This document shows, piece by piece, positions 27,291 through 36,210 of a stretch of 40,782 nt of DNA (position 1 is the first letter of the stretch; every line of letters starts with the position of its first letter). Source of the DNA: a virus (Duplodnaviria; Caudoviricetes); the IMG/VR virus record IMGVR_UViG_3300017700_000448, positions 1-40,782 of that record; one strand, 5' to 3'. A model generated the notes under the pieces. The model ran no database searches. It saw only the letters and a program-made list of their open reading frames with translations, and was not told the origin of the DNA. Position numbers and translations under genes: made by a program.

Positions 27291-27896
27291 ATGCCGACCC
27301 CGTACGAAACCGCCCCGACGCTGGCCCCCACGTTCCACACGGCCCGTTGGTACGCCGACGCCCAAGAGGCCCAACGGTTCTGCGGCTACTACGCCAGCAA
27401 GGACGACCACCCGACGCCCCGCACGTGGGAGCCGACGACGCACCCCCAGGGCGGCTTCGTGGTGTCGGTGCTAGACACCGAGGCCCGCCCGCTGTTCGTG
27501 CAGGAGACAGACGGCGACCGGCTCAACCAGCAGCTGGGCGCGGCGGTTCGCGAGGCCAGCGATGGCGACCGCTACTGCCCCCGGTTCCGCGCCGCCGTCG
27601 AGGCTGCCGAGTGGGCGTTGAGCCGCTGGGCCGACCGTCGCCGCCACGAACCGGCGTTCGCTGACGCCTTCCTCCGCCGCGCCCGGTTGGCCGTGCTGGA
27701 CGCCGCCGAGTTGGCCGCGCCGCCGCTTACCCCGGTCGAGGCCCAAGAGGTCTGGGACATCGCCCGCGACATCGCCGGGGACGAAAGCACCCGCGACCGG
27801 GCCGAACAGCTGGTCGAGGAGTGGGGTGTCCTTGGCGCTCGCGACGTCCTGCAGGACCAGCGCGATGCCGAGGCCGAAGAGGAGGGCGAGGCGTGA
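27291..27896 (+). CDS. early hypothetical protein
   Basis: AGGAG RBS before ATG 27291. Confidence 0.7.
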   Translation: MPTPYETAPTLAPTFHTARWYADAQEAQRFCGYYASKDDHPTPRTWEPTTHPQGGFVVSVLDTEARPLFVQETDGDRLNQQLGAAVREASDGDRYCPRFRAAVEAAEWALSRWADRRRHEPAFADAFLRRARLAVLDAAELAAPPLTPVEAQEVWDIARDIAGDESTRDRAEQLVEEWGVLGARDVLQDQRDAEAEEEGEA

Positions 27897-28102
27897 GCCG
27901 GACCCCCATCGACGCCCTGCGCCCTGTTCTGGGCCGAACGGTCGTGGACACCCACACCGGGGCCGTCGTGTTCCGCTACGGGCCGACCGAGCAGGACGCC
28001 CGCCTTGCCTACCGTCGAGCCGACCGGCTGGACGCAACCTACGGGGCGGTCCGTTACGTCGTCCGCCCGACCTACGGAGAACCCGCATGCGCGACGACCT
28101 GA
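27893..28102 (+). CDS. small early hypothetical protein
   Basis: GTGA overlap and GGAGG RBS. Confidence 0.55.
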   Translation: MSRTPIDALRPVLGRTVVDTHTGAVVFRYGPTEQDARLAYRRADRLDATYGAVRYVVRPTYGEPACATT

Positions 28103-28338
28103 CCCCGAACCGCCGAACCGTGGCGGCTGCAGCCCTGGGCCTCTCCCTCGACCCCTCTGCGCCCCCTTCCCAGAGCGCCGTGGCTTGGGCTGTCGCCCAC
28201 GCGGTCGCGGTCGAGTGCGGCAGGAAGCCCGAGGACGCCGAGGCCATCGCCGCCCGGTGGGCCACGGTAGCCGACATCGCCACAGGAAGCCCCGACGCGG
28301 GGCACGGAACCCGACCGCCTGTCGGTGGAGGGCTGTAA
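28087..28338 (+). CDS. small early hypothetical protein
   Basis: GGAG RBS before ATG 28087. Confidence 0.5.
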   Translation: MRDDLTPNRRTVAAAALGLSLDPSAPPSQSAVAWAVAHAVAVECGRKPEDAEAIAARWATVADIATGSPDAGHGTRPPVGGGL

Positions 28339-28363
28339 CACAGCGTGATCGGGCGCGCGTTCC

Positions 28364-28410
28364 GTTAACCACGTTTGGGGCTTGCGCCACCCGTGCAGCC
28401 GTGGTAGAGT
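28364..28410 (+). promoter_or_regulatory. early promoter 3
   Basis: GTTAACCACGTTT-GGGGC-TTGCGC-N17(ending CCGTGG)-TAGAGT. Confidence 0.72.
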
Positions 28411-28463
28411 GAAGATGTTGGGGCACCTGACGCCCCCGGACCTGAACAGAGAGAGACACGACC

Positions 28464-29417
28464 ATGACGACCACCATCAAGCTTTCCGCCGCCCAAACCA
28501 AGCTGGGCATCACCGCCGCCTCGTGGGACGAAGACCGCACCGAGGTCAAGGTCGGCGACCGGCTCTTCGAGCAGCTGACCGACGACAGCACCCCGGAGGA
28601 CTTCGTGTCCGCCGTGGCCGACGCCCTCAAGGCCGAGGCGTCCGGGTTCGAGGGCATCCTGCCCAACGAGGCCGTCGCCATCGAGCAGCTTCGCGGCGAG
28701 GACCACATGGCCAGCGACTTCGTCGCCCGCCTCGTCATCGACGGCAAGCCCGCCGGTGAGTTGGCGCGGGACCCGGTCCTTGCCGACATGCTGACGACGC
28801 TGGCCGAGGAGGAAGACACCCTGGCCCAAGTCGCGGGCATCCGCACGGACGGCGACGGCGAGGAGGAGGACGAACGGACCGGCTCCGTGGTCCCCGACGT
28901 CTTCAAGAAGCGCTACGCCGAAGCCGGTCACCCCGGCCATTGCGGCGACTGGCTGGCCCTCACGCTGAACAAGCTGTGCCAGACCATGGACGGCAAGAAG
29001 ACCATCACCGACCTCGACCGGCTGGAAGCCATCGCCGCCGCGAACGACGTCACCCCCGACCGGGTCGACCGGCTGGGGACCGCCACGAACGGCTGGCAGG
29101 GCCGTTACCGGATGACCGTCCGGAACATGCTGGCCAAGAAGGTGGCCGACAAGGGGTTCCTGTTCGTGCCGGAAGGCTGCGGCGTGGACGAGGACAAGGA
29201 GATGAGGGCCCCCAAGGACTGGTGCGCCAAGTACGCCACCAAGGTCAAGGCCAAGGCTCCCGCCAAGGCCGCTGTCGCCAAGGACGAGGGCGCGGGCAAG
29301 GCTTCGGCCAAGACCGCCGCCAAGGGCAAGGCCCCGGCCAAGCCCGCCGACGCCGACGCGAAGCCCGCCAAGGCCAAGCGCGGCACGAAGGCCGAGAAGG
29401 CGGGCGTCACCGCCTAA
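28464..29417 (+). CDS. early protein with an acidic N-terminus, a conserved RMTVRNML core and a histone H1-like Ala/Lys/Pro tail
   Basis: Strong codon bias. Paralogue of 35488..36123. Confidence 0.8.
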   Translation: MTTTIKLSAAQTKLGITAASWDEDRTEVKVGDRLFEQLTDDSTPEDFVSAVADALKAEASGFEGILPNEAVAIEQLRGEDHMASDFVARLVIDGKPAGELARDPVLADMLTTLAEEEDTLAQVAGIRTDGDGEEEDERTGSVVPDVFKKRYAEAGHPGHCGDWLALTLNKLCQTMDGKKTITDLDRLEAIAAANDVTPDRVDRLGTATNGWQGRYRMTVRNMLAKKVADKGFLFVPEGCGVDEDKEMRAPKDWCAKYATKVKAKAPAKAAVAKDEGAGKASAKTAAKGKAPAKPADADAKPAKAKRGTKAEKAGVTA

Positions 29418-29480
29418 ACCACCCCAGGACCCTAGGACCCGGCATCCCGCCGGGTCCGCCCCTTCTAAGGACGACCCGCT

Positions 29481-29783
29481 ATGCTTGAAGCACAAGACAT
29501 GAAGCTGACCCACGGCCAGCAGGTTCGCCAGACGGCGTTCTTCATGGCCCTCCAGTCGACCGGCTACAACGAAGGGCGGAGCCTCGACACCGTCAAGGAC
29601 ACCGCCGAGCAGCTGGAAAAGTGGCTGTGGGACGCCAACACGAAGCAGCAGGCCCACGAGTTGGCCAAGGCCATCAAGGCGCTGCAGAAGGTCAACACCG
29701 AGGCGCAGAGGGGGCCTATCCCCGTTGGGGCCTACGAGGCCGCAATCGCCGCCGTGGCGGTGGCCGCTTCGCCCTTCGTCTAG
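29481..29783 (+). CDS. hypothetical protein
   Basis: AAGGA RBS, coding-like composition. Confidence 0.65.
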   Translation: MLEAQDMKLTHGQQVRQTAFFMALQSTGYNEGRSLDTVKDTAEQLEKWLWDANTKQQAHELAKAIKALQKVNTEAQRGPIPVGAYEAAIAAVAVAASPFV

Positions 29784-29865
29784 TCGAACCGGGCCGGGGT
29801 TGCGCGAGCGCCCCGGCCATGGTCCCCTGCGACCGTGCCACACCCGCACAGGAAGAGGAAAGCCA

Positions 29866-30066
29866 ATGGTCGCCCCCACCCGCCTCACCCACGCCATCGT
29901 TACCGTTCACACCAACACGAACGGCGAGACGGTCTTCACCGCCCGGCCAGCCCAACCCGGCTACGAGCAGAACCCCGCCCACGAGGCGATGGCCCCCGAC
30001 GTCTTCGTCGCCTACATGGACGAGCGCGAGGGCGCGCACTTCGTGTTCGAACACCAGCCCCACTAG
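29866..30066 (+). CDS. hypothetical protein
   Basis: GAGGA RBS before ATG 29866. Confidence 0.55.
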   Translation: MVAPTRLTHAIVTVHTNTNGETVFTARPAQPGYEQNPAHEAMAPDVFVAYMDEREGAHFVFEHQPH

Positions 30067-30078
30067 GAACCCTGGACT

Positions 30079-30342
30079 ATGGCCAAGCCAACCGAACCCA
30101 CCCGCGTCAAGACGCTCCCCACCCTCGCCAAGGAACTCGGCATCGACCGGTCCACCATGGTTCGCCTCGAACAGCGGGGCGTGATCAGCAAGGCCCCGAT
30201 GGTCGGCGCTCCGGTGCAAGGCCGGGTCTATGACGAGAAGCTGGAGGCCAAGGTGCGAGGGGAAGTCGAGCGCTACCTCGCCCGCCAAGCCATCAAGCAC
30301 GAGGGTCGGCCCCCCGCCCCCAAGAACATCGTTGTCGTCTGA
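30079..30342 (+). CDS. MerR/excisionase-like HTH DNA-binding protein
   Basis: LPTLAKELGIDRSTMVRLEQRGVI...RVY. Confidence 0.7.
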   Translation: MAKPTEPTRVKTLPTLAKELGIDRSTMVRLEQRGVISKAPMVGAPVQGRVYDEKLEAKVRGEVERYLARQAIKHEGRPPAPKNIVVV

Positions 30343-30755
30343 TGGCCCGCGTCATTGACCCCATCGAGGAGGGCGTGGAAAGCGACGCCTTCTGGATGAT
30401 GGCCGAGGGCGGCATTCAGGCGCTGATGGCGATGGAAGCCCGCATCATCCCGGTCCCGGCGCACGTTGAGCGCAACCGGAAGGACCGCTACCGGCTGTCC
30501 TATATCTGCAACACCTGTGAGGCCGAACACCGGGTCGAGGGCGGCTTCGATCAGGTCTTCATGGGGACGCAAGCCCTCATGCTGCTGAACAGCGCCCGAG
30601 GCGTCCGGGTCGAGAAGCTGGCCTTCGCCATGGAGGAGGACGCCAACACCGCCGACACCCTGATGGAAACCCAGGGTGCGGACCCCCGGCTGAACAAGCA
30701 GCTGGACACCCTGTTGAAGAGAGGACCGAAGACCGATGGCCGAACGGACACCTGA
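30342..30755 (+). CDS. hypothetical protein with CxxC
   Basis: TGATG coupling, CNTC motif. Confidence 0.6.
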   Translation: MARVIDPIEEGVESDAFWMMAEGGIQALMAMEARIIPVPAHVERNRKDRYRLSYICNTCEAEHRVEGGFDQVFMGTQALMLLNSARGVRVEKLAFAMEEDANTADTLMETQGADPRLNKQLDTLLKRGPKTDGRTDT

Positions 30756-31014
30756 ACAGCTAGCGCTCTTCGCGCAACAGCGGGCCAATCAGGCCACCCA
30801 CACGCTTTACACCGACGCGGACGAGGACAAGCCCGCCGGGGCGTGTGACCGCAACGGGGAGTTGGTGCTTGGGGTCTGCCGGGTCTGCGGCACCTACGAG
30901 GCCGGGCTTGAGGACGCCCCCTGCCCCGGCGCTCGCCCGAACGTGGGCTGCTCTAACTCGGTGACCGGGGGCCAGGAGTTTCCCGACGAGCCGTTCATCC
31001 ACAGGGGGCCGTAG
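30736..31014 (+). CDS. small Cys-rich hypothetical protein
   Basis: GAGGA RBS, CDRNGELVLGVCRVCG. Confidence 0.55.
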   Translation: MAERTPEQLALFAQQRANQATHTLYTDADEDKPAGACDRNGELVLGVCRVCGTYEAGLEDAPCPGARPNVGCSNSVTGGQEFPDEPFIHRGP

Positions 31015-31016
31015 CC

Positions 31017-31256
31017 ATGTTGATCGGCTTCAAGGCCCACGTTCTGATGGGCAACGACTACCCCGACGCAATCTTCCTGTCCAAGCGGGCGGGTGAGCGC
31101 GCAATAGCCCGGCTCAAGGGCGAACACGCGAGGAAGCAGAGGGACGAACCCTGGAACGTGCCGCCTCACCACCCCGGCATCTACTGGCGGCTCTACACCT
31201 TCCCGATCGGCCCGCAGATCAGCTGGTCGCCCCGGTGGTGGAGGCGGGTCCGATGA
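31017..31256 (+). CDS. hypothetical protein
   Basis: Tightly packed in the operon. Confidence 0.5.
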   Translation: MLIGFKAHVLMGNDYPDAIFLSKRAGERAIARLKGEHARKQRDEPWNVPPHHPGIYWRLYTFPIGPQISWSPRWWRRVR

Positions 31257-31357
31257 CCTTCCTCCTGCTATGGGTTCTGGGCACCGGGGTCTACTTCATC
31301 GGCTATTGGCGGGGGCAACGCGCCCTGCTACAATCGGGGAGAGGAGACACCCCATGA
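31253..31357 (+). CDS. 34-aa membrane peptide
   Basis: ATGA overlaps at both ends, GGAGG RBS, MTFLLLWVLGTGVYFIGYW. Confidence 0.4.
   Translation: MTFLLLWVLGTGVYFIGYWRGQRALLQSGRGDTP
31306..31334 (+). promoter_or_regulatory. sigma70-type promoter
   Basis: TTGGCG-N17-TACAAT with TGC extension, then a GAGGAG RBS. Confidence 0.6.
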
Positions 31358-31686
31358 ACCCGAACAACCTGATCTACGTCGCCCTGTTCTACGACGGCAA
31401 CGAAACCCGCGCCGTATCGCTGGAGTTGGAGGGCGACCCCACCTTCGGCCCGCTGGGTCGGCAAGAGGATATCGAGGAAGCCCTGATGCAGGGCCTGAAC
31501 CTCGACACCTGCGACATCACCGCCCTGATCACCGTGGTTCCCCAAGCCGGGGGCCTGATCGTCCTGCCCGACGTCATCATCGCGGACGTCCTGTGGGAAC
31601 CGTTCGACATATCCCAAGAGCAGTTCCGCCCCATCTACCACGTTCGGGTGCGGCAAGATGGCCTGATCACGGCGGACATGCCCTGA
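31354..31686 (+). CDS. hypothetical protein
   Basis: GAGGAG RBS before ATG 31354. Confidence 0.65.
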   Translation: MNPNNLIYVALFYDGNETRAVSLELEGDPTFGPLGRQEDIEEALMQGLNLDTCDITALITVVPQAGGLIVLPDVIIADVLWEPFDISQEQFRPIYHVRVRQDGLITADMP

Positions 31687-31985
31687 TGCCGTTCCTCACG
31701 CGCGAAGAGGGGGACAAGGCCCGAGCGGCAGGGTTACAGGTTGTGGCTCTACCCTCCTCGCCCCCGGACGGCCTCGTTCACTACGCCAGCACGAAGCGCC
31801 ACTTCATGTGCGACCCGCCGTCCCCGCACAACAAGACCGGCTCCCCCGACTGGTCGCGGGTTACCTGTCCCGAATGCCTGCGCATGGGCAAGCGGACCGA
31901 ACGCATCGACAAACAGGGGTTCGTGAAGGAGGTCATCAAGGACCTCACCAAGCCCCGCAACCAAGAAGAGGCGGTTTCCGAGTGA
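31686..31985 (+). CDS. small putative zinc-binding protein (H..C..VTCPEC)
   Basis: TGATG coupling, His/Cys motif. Confidence 0.55.
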   Translation: MPFLTREEGDKARAAGLQVVALPSSPPDGLVHYASTKRHFMCDPPSPHNKTGSPDWSRVTCPECLRMGKRTERIDKQGFVKEVIKDLTKPRNQEEAVSE

Positions 31986-32104
31986 TCTGGGCAGTCGGCG
32001 TTATCGTGATCGTGGTCCTGTTCACGCAATGGGGGAAGAACCGCATCCCCCGCCCGCCGAAGAAGGTGCGGGAAGCCATAGCCCGCAATCGCTGGACCCC
32101 TTGA
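31982..32104 (+). CDS. 40-aa membrane peptide
   Basis: GTGA overlap, IWAVGVIVIVVLF followed by a basic tail. Confidence 0.4.
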   Translation: MIWAVGVIVIVVLFTQWGKNRIPRPPKKVREAIARNRWTP

Positions 32105-32130
32105 CGGCCCCCGTAGTGGGGTGGTACTAT
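32101..32130 (+). promoter_or_regulatory. sigma70-type promoter for the primase operon
   Basis: TTGACG-N18-TACTAT with TGG extension. Confidence 0.65.
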
Positions 32131-32154
32131 GACAGCCAGTGGTGGAGAACCTGA

Positions 32155-32385
32155 ATGCCCAACAACATGGCGGAAGACGCACCAATCCGGGTGCGCTACA
32201 AACACGCGGGGATTGCCGATGATCTGGGCGTTCATCGCCCGATCTGCCGCCCCTCGGACCTCAAGCTTCAAACGGTGAAGCACGAGGCCAACGTCACCTG
32301 CCCCCATTGCTTGAAGCACATCGAAAACTTCAAGAACTGGATGGCCCTGCAGATCGCCGCCGGTCGCGAGCCTGAACAGGGATGA
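32155..32385 (+). CDS. small putative zinc-binding protein (H..C..VTCPHC)
   Basis: GGAG RBS, ATGA overlap with the primase gene. Confidence 0.55.
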   Translation: MPNNMAEDAPIRVRYKHAGIADDLGVHRPICRPSDLKLQTVKHEANVTCPHCLKHIENFKNWMALQIAAGREPEQG

Positions 32386-34856
32386 CCGACCACAGGGCAA
32401 CATCGCTCAAGTTTCTCAAGTCGACCCACCTTATCCCGGTCAAGGTGCGGCCCGGCGGCAAGGAGCCGTTCCCGGAATGGGACCCACGGCGAGCCGCCCA
32501 AGAGGACCATTCCATCACCCTCAAGGTGATCGAGAACGATACGTCCATCAACCTCGGCGCGCTGATGGCCGGGAAGTATGTCGACATCGACATCGACTGC
32601 ACGAGCAACTACCTCAAGGCAGCCCTGGACTACTTCCTCCCCAAGACCGCATGGGTGTTCGGGCGCAAGAGCAAGCCCAACAGCCACCGCATCTACGCCC
32701 TGCACGACGACTTCGACCGAGGGCCGTACTCCAGCATTCTGCGGTACATCAAGGGCCTGATCAAGGGGACCATCGACGATGAAAGCTACTCCATCGAAAT
32801 CCGGGGTGGCAAGCCCGAGAACGGACTGTTCACGGTTCTGCCGGGGTCTTACCGAGACGACGTTAAGGAACACATTGAGTGGTCAGCCGACATCGACCCC
32901 ACGGTCGCGGCGGCGTATGTCAAGATCGACACGCTCGTCAAGGCGGTCCGACTTGCTGTCGTCGCCAGCCTCTTCGCCCCTCATTGGGTTGAGGGCGTTC
33001 GTAACGATATGTCGCTGGCCCTTGCCGGGACTTTGTGGCGCATTCGGACCTCATCCTTGGCGGCTTTCGGACTTGAGCCGGGGGACGAGGGTCCGGAAGG
33101 CTACTACATTCTGACGGAGGACGATGCGAAGAGCATCATCACCTGCATCTGCAACCTCGCCGGGGACGACCCCGAGGACAAGCGCTCCCGCATTCTCAAC
33201 ATGCAGAACACTTGGCGCAAGCTGGACGGCGAGGCCGGGGCGAAGGTGACCGGCGGCAAGGTGCTGGCGGAACTGATCGACGGCGGGAAGAACGAGAACG
33301 CCAAGACCACGGGCAAGAACGTGGTGAAAGCCATGTACCGGCTCCTGTCGGACAACGACGCCGCCGAGCAGATCGAGAAGATGGCGGAACAGTTTGTCAT
33401 GTGGTACGGGCCGGGCGTAATCCTGGACCTCCACCAAGTTGCCATGGGGCGTGTAACGCCGTGGATGACGAAGGAGCAAGCCACCAACTCCCTAGGCGGG
33501 AAGAAGCTGACCATCGGGGACAAGAAAATCCCCATCAGCAACATGCTGTTCGGCTCCACCATCATTCAGCGGGTGATGGGCCTCACATTCGACCCCGGCA
33601 CGGACGAACTCCTCGCCCCCACCCCGGAAGGGCTGATGGTGAACCAGTGGCGCGGCATGGCGACTGTCCCTTCGCCCCAGCGGGTCACGAGGGAAGACAT
33701 CAACCCCTTCTACGACTACGTCCTCAACATCGTCTGCTCCGGGGACCCCGACACGGCGCATTGGGTGTTCAGCTGGCTGGCCGACATGTTGCAGCAGCCT
33801 CACCGCAAGCCCGGCACGGCGCTGGTCATGGTCGGCGTTCAGGGGGCGGGCAAGACGTTTCTCGGGGAACGGGTCATGGGGGCCATCATCGGGCCGTCCC
33901 ATTACAGCCAGATCAACAACGTTTCCCGGCTGACCGACAAGTTTAACACCAGCATCGACAACCGGATTCTGGTCCAGTGCGATGAAGCGGTGCACAACTA
34001 CCAGAAGGACGTAGCCTCCCGGCTCAAGTCCATCATCACCGACGAAACCATCACCATCGAGCCGAAGGGCGTCAACGCCTACAGCAAGCCGAACCACATG
34101 CACCTGATCTTCACATCGAACGAAGAGACGGCGGCGCTGTTCATTGACCCCTCCCCGCACGAGCGCCGGTTCACGGTCTTGAAGGTCAACCCGGAGAAGG
34201 CGACGGACCTCAAGTATTGGACCGACCTGCGGGGTTGGACCGAGGCCAGCCTCCCGAAGATCATGCGCTGGCTGCTCGATTACAAGTACGACCGAAACCT
34301 CATCCGCCGCCCGCTCAAGACGGAGGCGAAGGAAGACCTGCAGCGGGTCGGCCTCGATGCCGAGGTCAGCTGGATACTCTCCCGCATGGCCTCCGGGTTC
34401 CTGATCGGCAACCGGGTGCACCGCCACTGGTTCGACTGCTTCAACAGCAAGGCGATCACCGAACACGACATGAAGCACGACACCCTGCGCCGGGACGAAT
34501 GGCCGGACATGGTGATGACCAGCGTTCTGGAGGAGGACTTCAAGACGTTCGTGCGCGAGCATGGCCGGTCCGTTTACTCCGGGTCGGTGATCACCAACAT
34601 TCGCAAGGTCCTGCCGCCCGACAGCTTCAAGAGCGCGGGACAGAAGAGCGTCAAGCTGGTGGACCCCAAGAGCGGCCAAGTCAAGCTGGACCGGGTGCGG
34701 CTCCACACGGTTCCCACCCAAGACCAAATCATGAACTACCTGCGGACGAAGTTTGGCGACGTCGTGACGAAGACGTTCGACGAATACCAGAAGGGCGAGG
34801 CGGCGAACCTCGACCATATCGGGTCCGAGGCGACAGCCACAAGCGAGGAATTCTAA
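32382..34856 (+). CDS. primase-helicase: N-terminal Prim-Pol domain plus C-terminal DUF5906/SF3 NTPase
   Basis: PVKVRPGGKEP, NLG, VDIDID, SHRIY in the N-terminal domain. GVQGAGKT, VQCDE, IFTSN, ERRF in the C-terminal domain. Confidence 0.9.
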   Translation: MTDHRATSLKFLKSTHLIPVKVRPGGKEPFPEWDPRRAAQEDHSITLKVIENDTSINLGALMAGKYVDIDIDCTSNYLKAALDYFLPKTAWVFGRKSKPNSHRIYALHDDFDRGPYSSILRYIKGLIKGTIDDESYSIEIRGGKPENGLFTVLPGSYRDDVKEHIEWSADIDPTVAAAYVKIDTLVKAVRLAVVASLFAPHWVEGVRNDMSLALAGTLWRIRTSSLAAFGLEPGDEGPEGYYILTEDDAKSIITCICNLAGDDPEDKRSRILNMQNTWRKLDGEAGAKVTGGKVLAELIDGGKNENAKTTGKNVVKAMYRLLSDNDAAEQIEKMAEQFVMWYGPGVILDLHQVAMGRVTPWMTKEQATNSLGGKKLTIGDKKIPISNMLFGSTIIQRVMGLTFDPGTDELLAPTPEGLMVNQWRGMATVPSPQRVTREDINPFYDYVLNIVCSGDPDTAHWVFSWLADMLQQPHRKPGTALVMVGVQGAGKTFLGERVMGAIIGPSHYSQINNVSRLTDKFNTSIDNRILVQCDEAVHNYQKDVASRLKSIITDETITIEPKGVNAYSKPNHMHLIFTSNEETAALFIDPSPHERRFTVLKVNPEKATDLKYWTDLRGWTEASLPKIMRWLLDYKYDRNLIRRPLKTEAKEDLQRVGLDAEVSWILSRMASGFLIGNRVHRHWFDCFNSKAITEHDMKHDTLRRDEWPDMVMTSVLEEDFKTFVREHGRSVYSGSVITNIRKVLPPDSFKSAGQKSVKLVDPKSGQVKLDRVRLHTVPTQDQIMNYLRTKFGDVVTKTFDEYQKGEAANLDHIGSEATATSEEF

Positions 34857-35419
34857 TGGCCGTTGTGCCTTGGTGGAAAGAGCGTCTGGAGGAACGTCGG
34901 CCCGTGCGCGAGTTGGCCTACTGGCGCGAGGGGTACGACTGGAAGCCCCAGCTGGACACGCCGTCCGACACGTGGCCCCGGCTGGTGGCTACACAGGCCC
35001 TCTGGAAGGACTATCTGGCGTGGTTTGAGGACGTCTATCTCGTCCCGTTCCGCTCCGCCCCCTATTTCCAAGACTTCCCGGACCAACTGCCGGTGCCCGC
35101 GACCGAGGCCGAGTTTTGGCACACCCTCTCCCCATTCGTCTACATCAGCGGCAACAGCAAGCTGCAGAAGCGCGGGTACTTCGTCTGGGACCAGCGAAAA
35201 CACATGGACCAGTGGGTCGCCGTCAAGGCGCACCGCAACTTCATCCGGCTGGGAACGTGGGAGGAGCATCTTGGGGCCTTCGGCATCCTTACCGGCAACC
35301 CCTCGGACCCGACCGCCTGTGTTGACCTGATCGGCGGGGCGATGCGAAGGATGCGGGCGACGAACGCCGCTAACAAGGCTCGCCTTCCCAGGGCGATGCG
35401 GAAGACCGAGGACGGTTGA
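34856..35419 (+). CDS. hypothetical protein coupled to the primase (Trp-rich)
   Basis: TAATG overlap, GAGGA RBS. Confidence 0.65.
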   Translation: MAVVPWWKERLEERRPVRELAYWREGYDWKPQLDTPSDTWPRLVATQALWKDYLAWFEDVYLVPFRSAPYFQDFPDQLPVPATEAEFWHTLSPFVYISGNSKLQKRGYFVWDQRKHMDQWVAVKAHRNFIRLGTWEEHLGAFGILTGNPSDPTACVDLIGGAMRRMRATNAANKARLPRAMRKTEDG

Positions 35420-35487
35420 CACGGGTAACGGGGAGTGGTTTTGTTGCGTTTTGGGCATCCCGCCCGTGCAATGTGAGGACTACCCCC

Positions 35488-36123
35488 ATGGCCGAGGCCA
35501 CCAAGTCGCCGGAAGAGAAGGCGAAGCAGACCGAAAACACCATCAAGGCGACCGGCACCGACGGTTCCGCGCCCGCCGCCGCCGGAAAGTCGATCATCGG
35601 CGCCAAATATCGCGACGGCCGCTACAAGGAGCAGGACTGGCTCGGCGGCGAAATCGCCAAGGTCGCCAACACGACCAGCGAGCGCGAGAAGAAGGTCCCG
35701 GTCGAGGGCCAGGAAGGCGCCTTCAAGACGGTGAAGGAAACCGTCAACGACGGCGTCAACGTGGACCGCCTGTTCGCCCTGGCCCGCGAGAACGGTCTGG
35801 ACGTCGACCGCTTCGAGGCCCAGCGCTCGTCCCACGGGTTCGCCGGCCGCTTCCGCATGACCGTGCGGAACATGCTCCAGGCCGAAGCCAAGCGCCGCCA
35901 CGGGCTGGTCATCGGCGGCAAGTTCGTTTCCGCCCCCGCCGACTGGCTGTCGGCCAAGGGCGCGGCCACGAACCCGACCCACGATCAGAAGGGGGTGAAA
36001 ATCCCCGTTCCGAAGCCGGTCAAGGCCGACGCCGCCCCCGCCGCCGACGCCAAGACGGCGGAGAACACGACCAAGGCCACCGGCGGCAAGCCCGCCCCGG
36101 CCAAGGACGCCGCCAAGAAGTAG
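35488..36123 (+). CDS. protein with RMTVRNML core and Ala/Lys/Pro-rich tails, paralogue of 28464..29417
   Basis: GAGGA RBS, shared motifs, upstream TTGACA-N17-TTTTGT candidate promoter at 35416. Confidence 0.75.
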   Translation: MAEATKSPEEKAKQTENTIKATGTDGSAPAAAGKSIIGAKYRDGRYKEQDWLGGEIAKVANTTSEREKKVPVEGQEGAFKTVKETVNDGVNVDRLFALARENGLDVDRFEAQRSSHGFAGRFRMTVRNMLQAEAKRRHGLVIGGKFVSAPADWLSAKGAATNPTHDQKGVKIPVPKPVKADAAPAADAKTAENTTKATGGKPAPAKDAAKK

Positions 36124-36153
36124 GACCGCCACCCCCTGCTTCTACGGCGTGGG

Positions 36154-36187
36154 ACGCCCCGTTGCCCTCCCCGGTAGCGGGGCGTTT
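36154..36187 (+). terminator. 13-bp GC-rich hairpin, probable terminator with a very short U tract
   Basis: ACGCCCCGTTGCC-ctcccc-GGTAGCGGGGCGT followed by TTCC. Confidence 0.55.
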
Positions 36188-36210
36188 CCATGTCCGGGGC
36201 TTGGTGCCCG

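Noticed and set aside
30079-30342. Excisionase implying a temperate lifestyle
   Set aside because: No integrase, repressor or partition genes were recognised anywhere in the genome.
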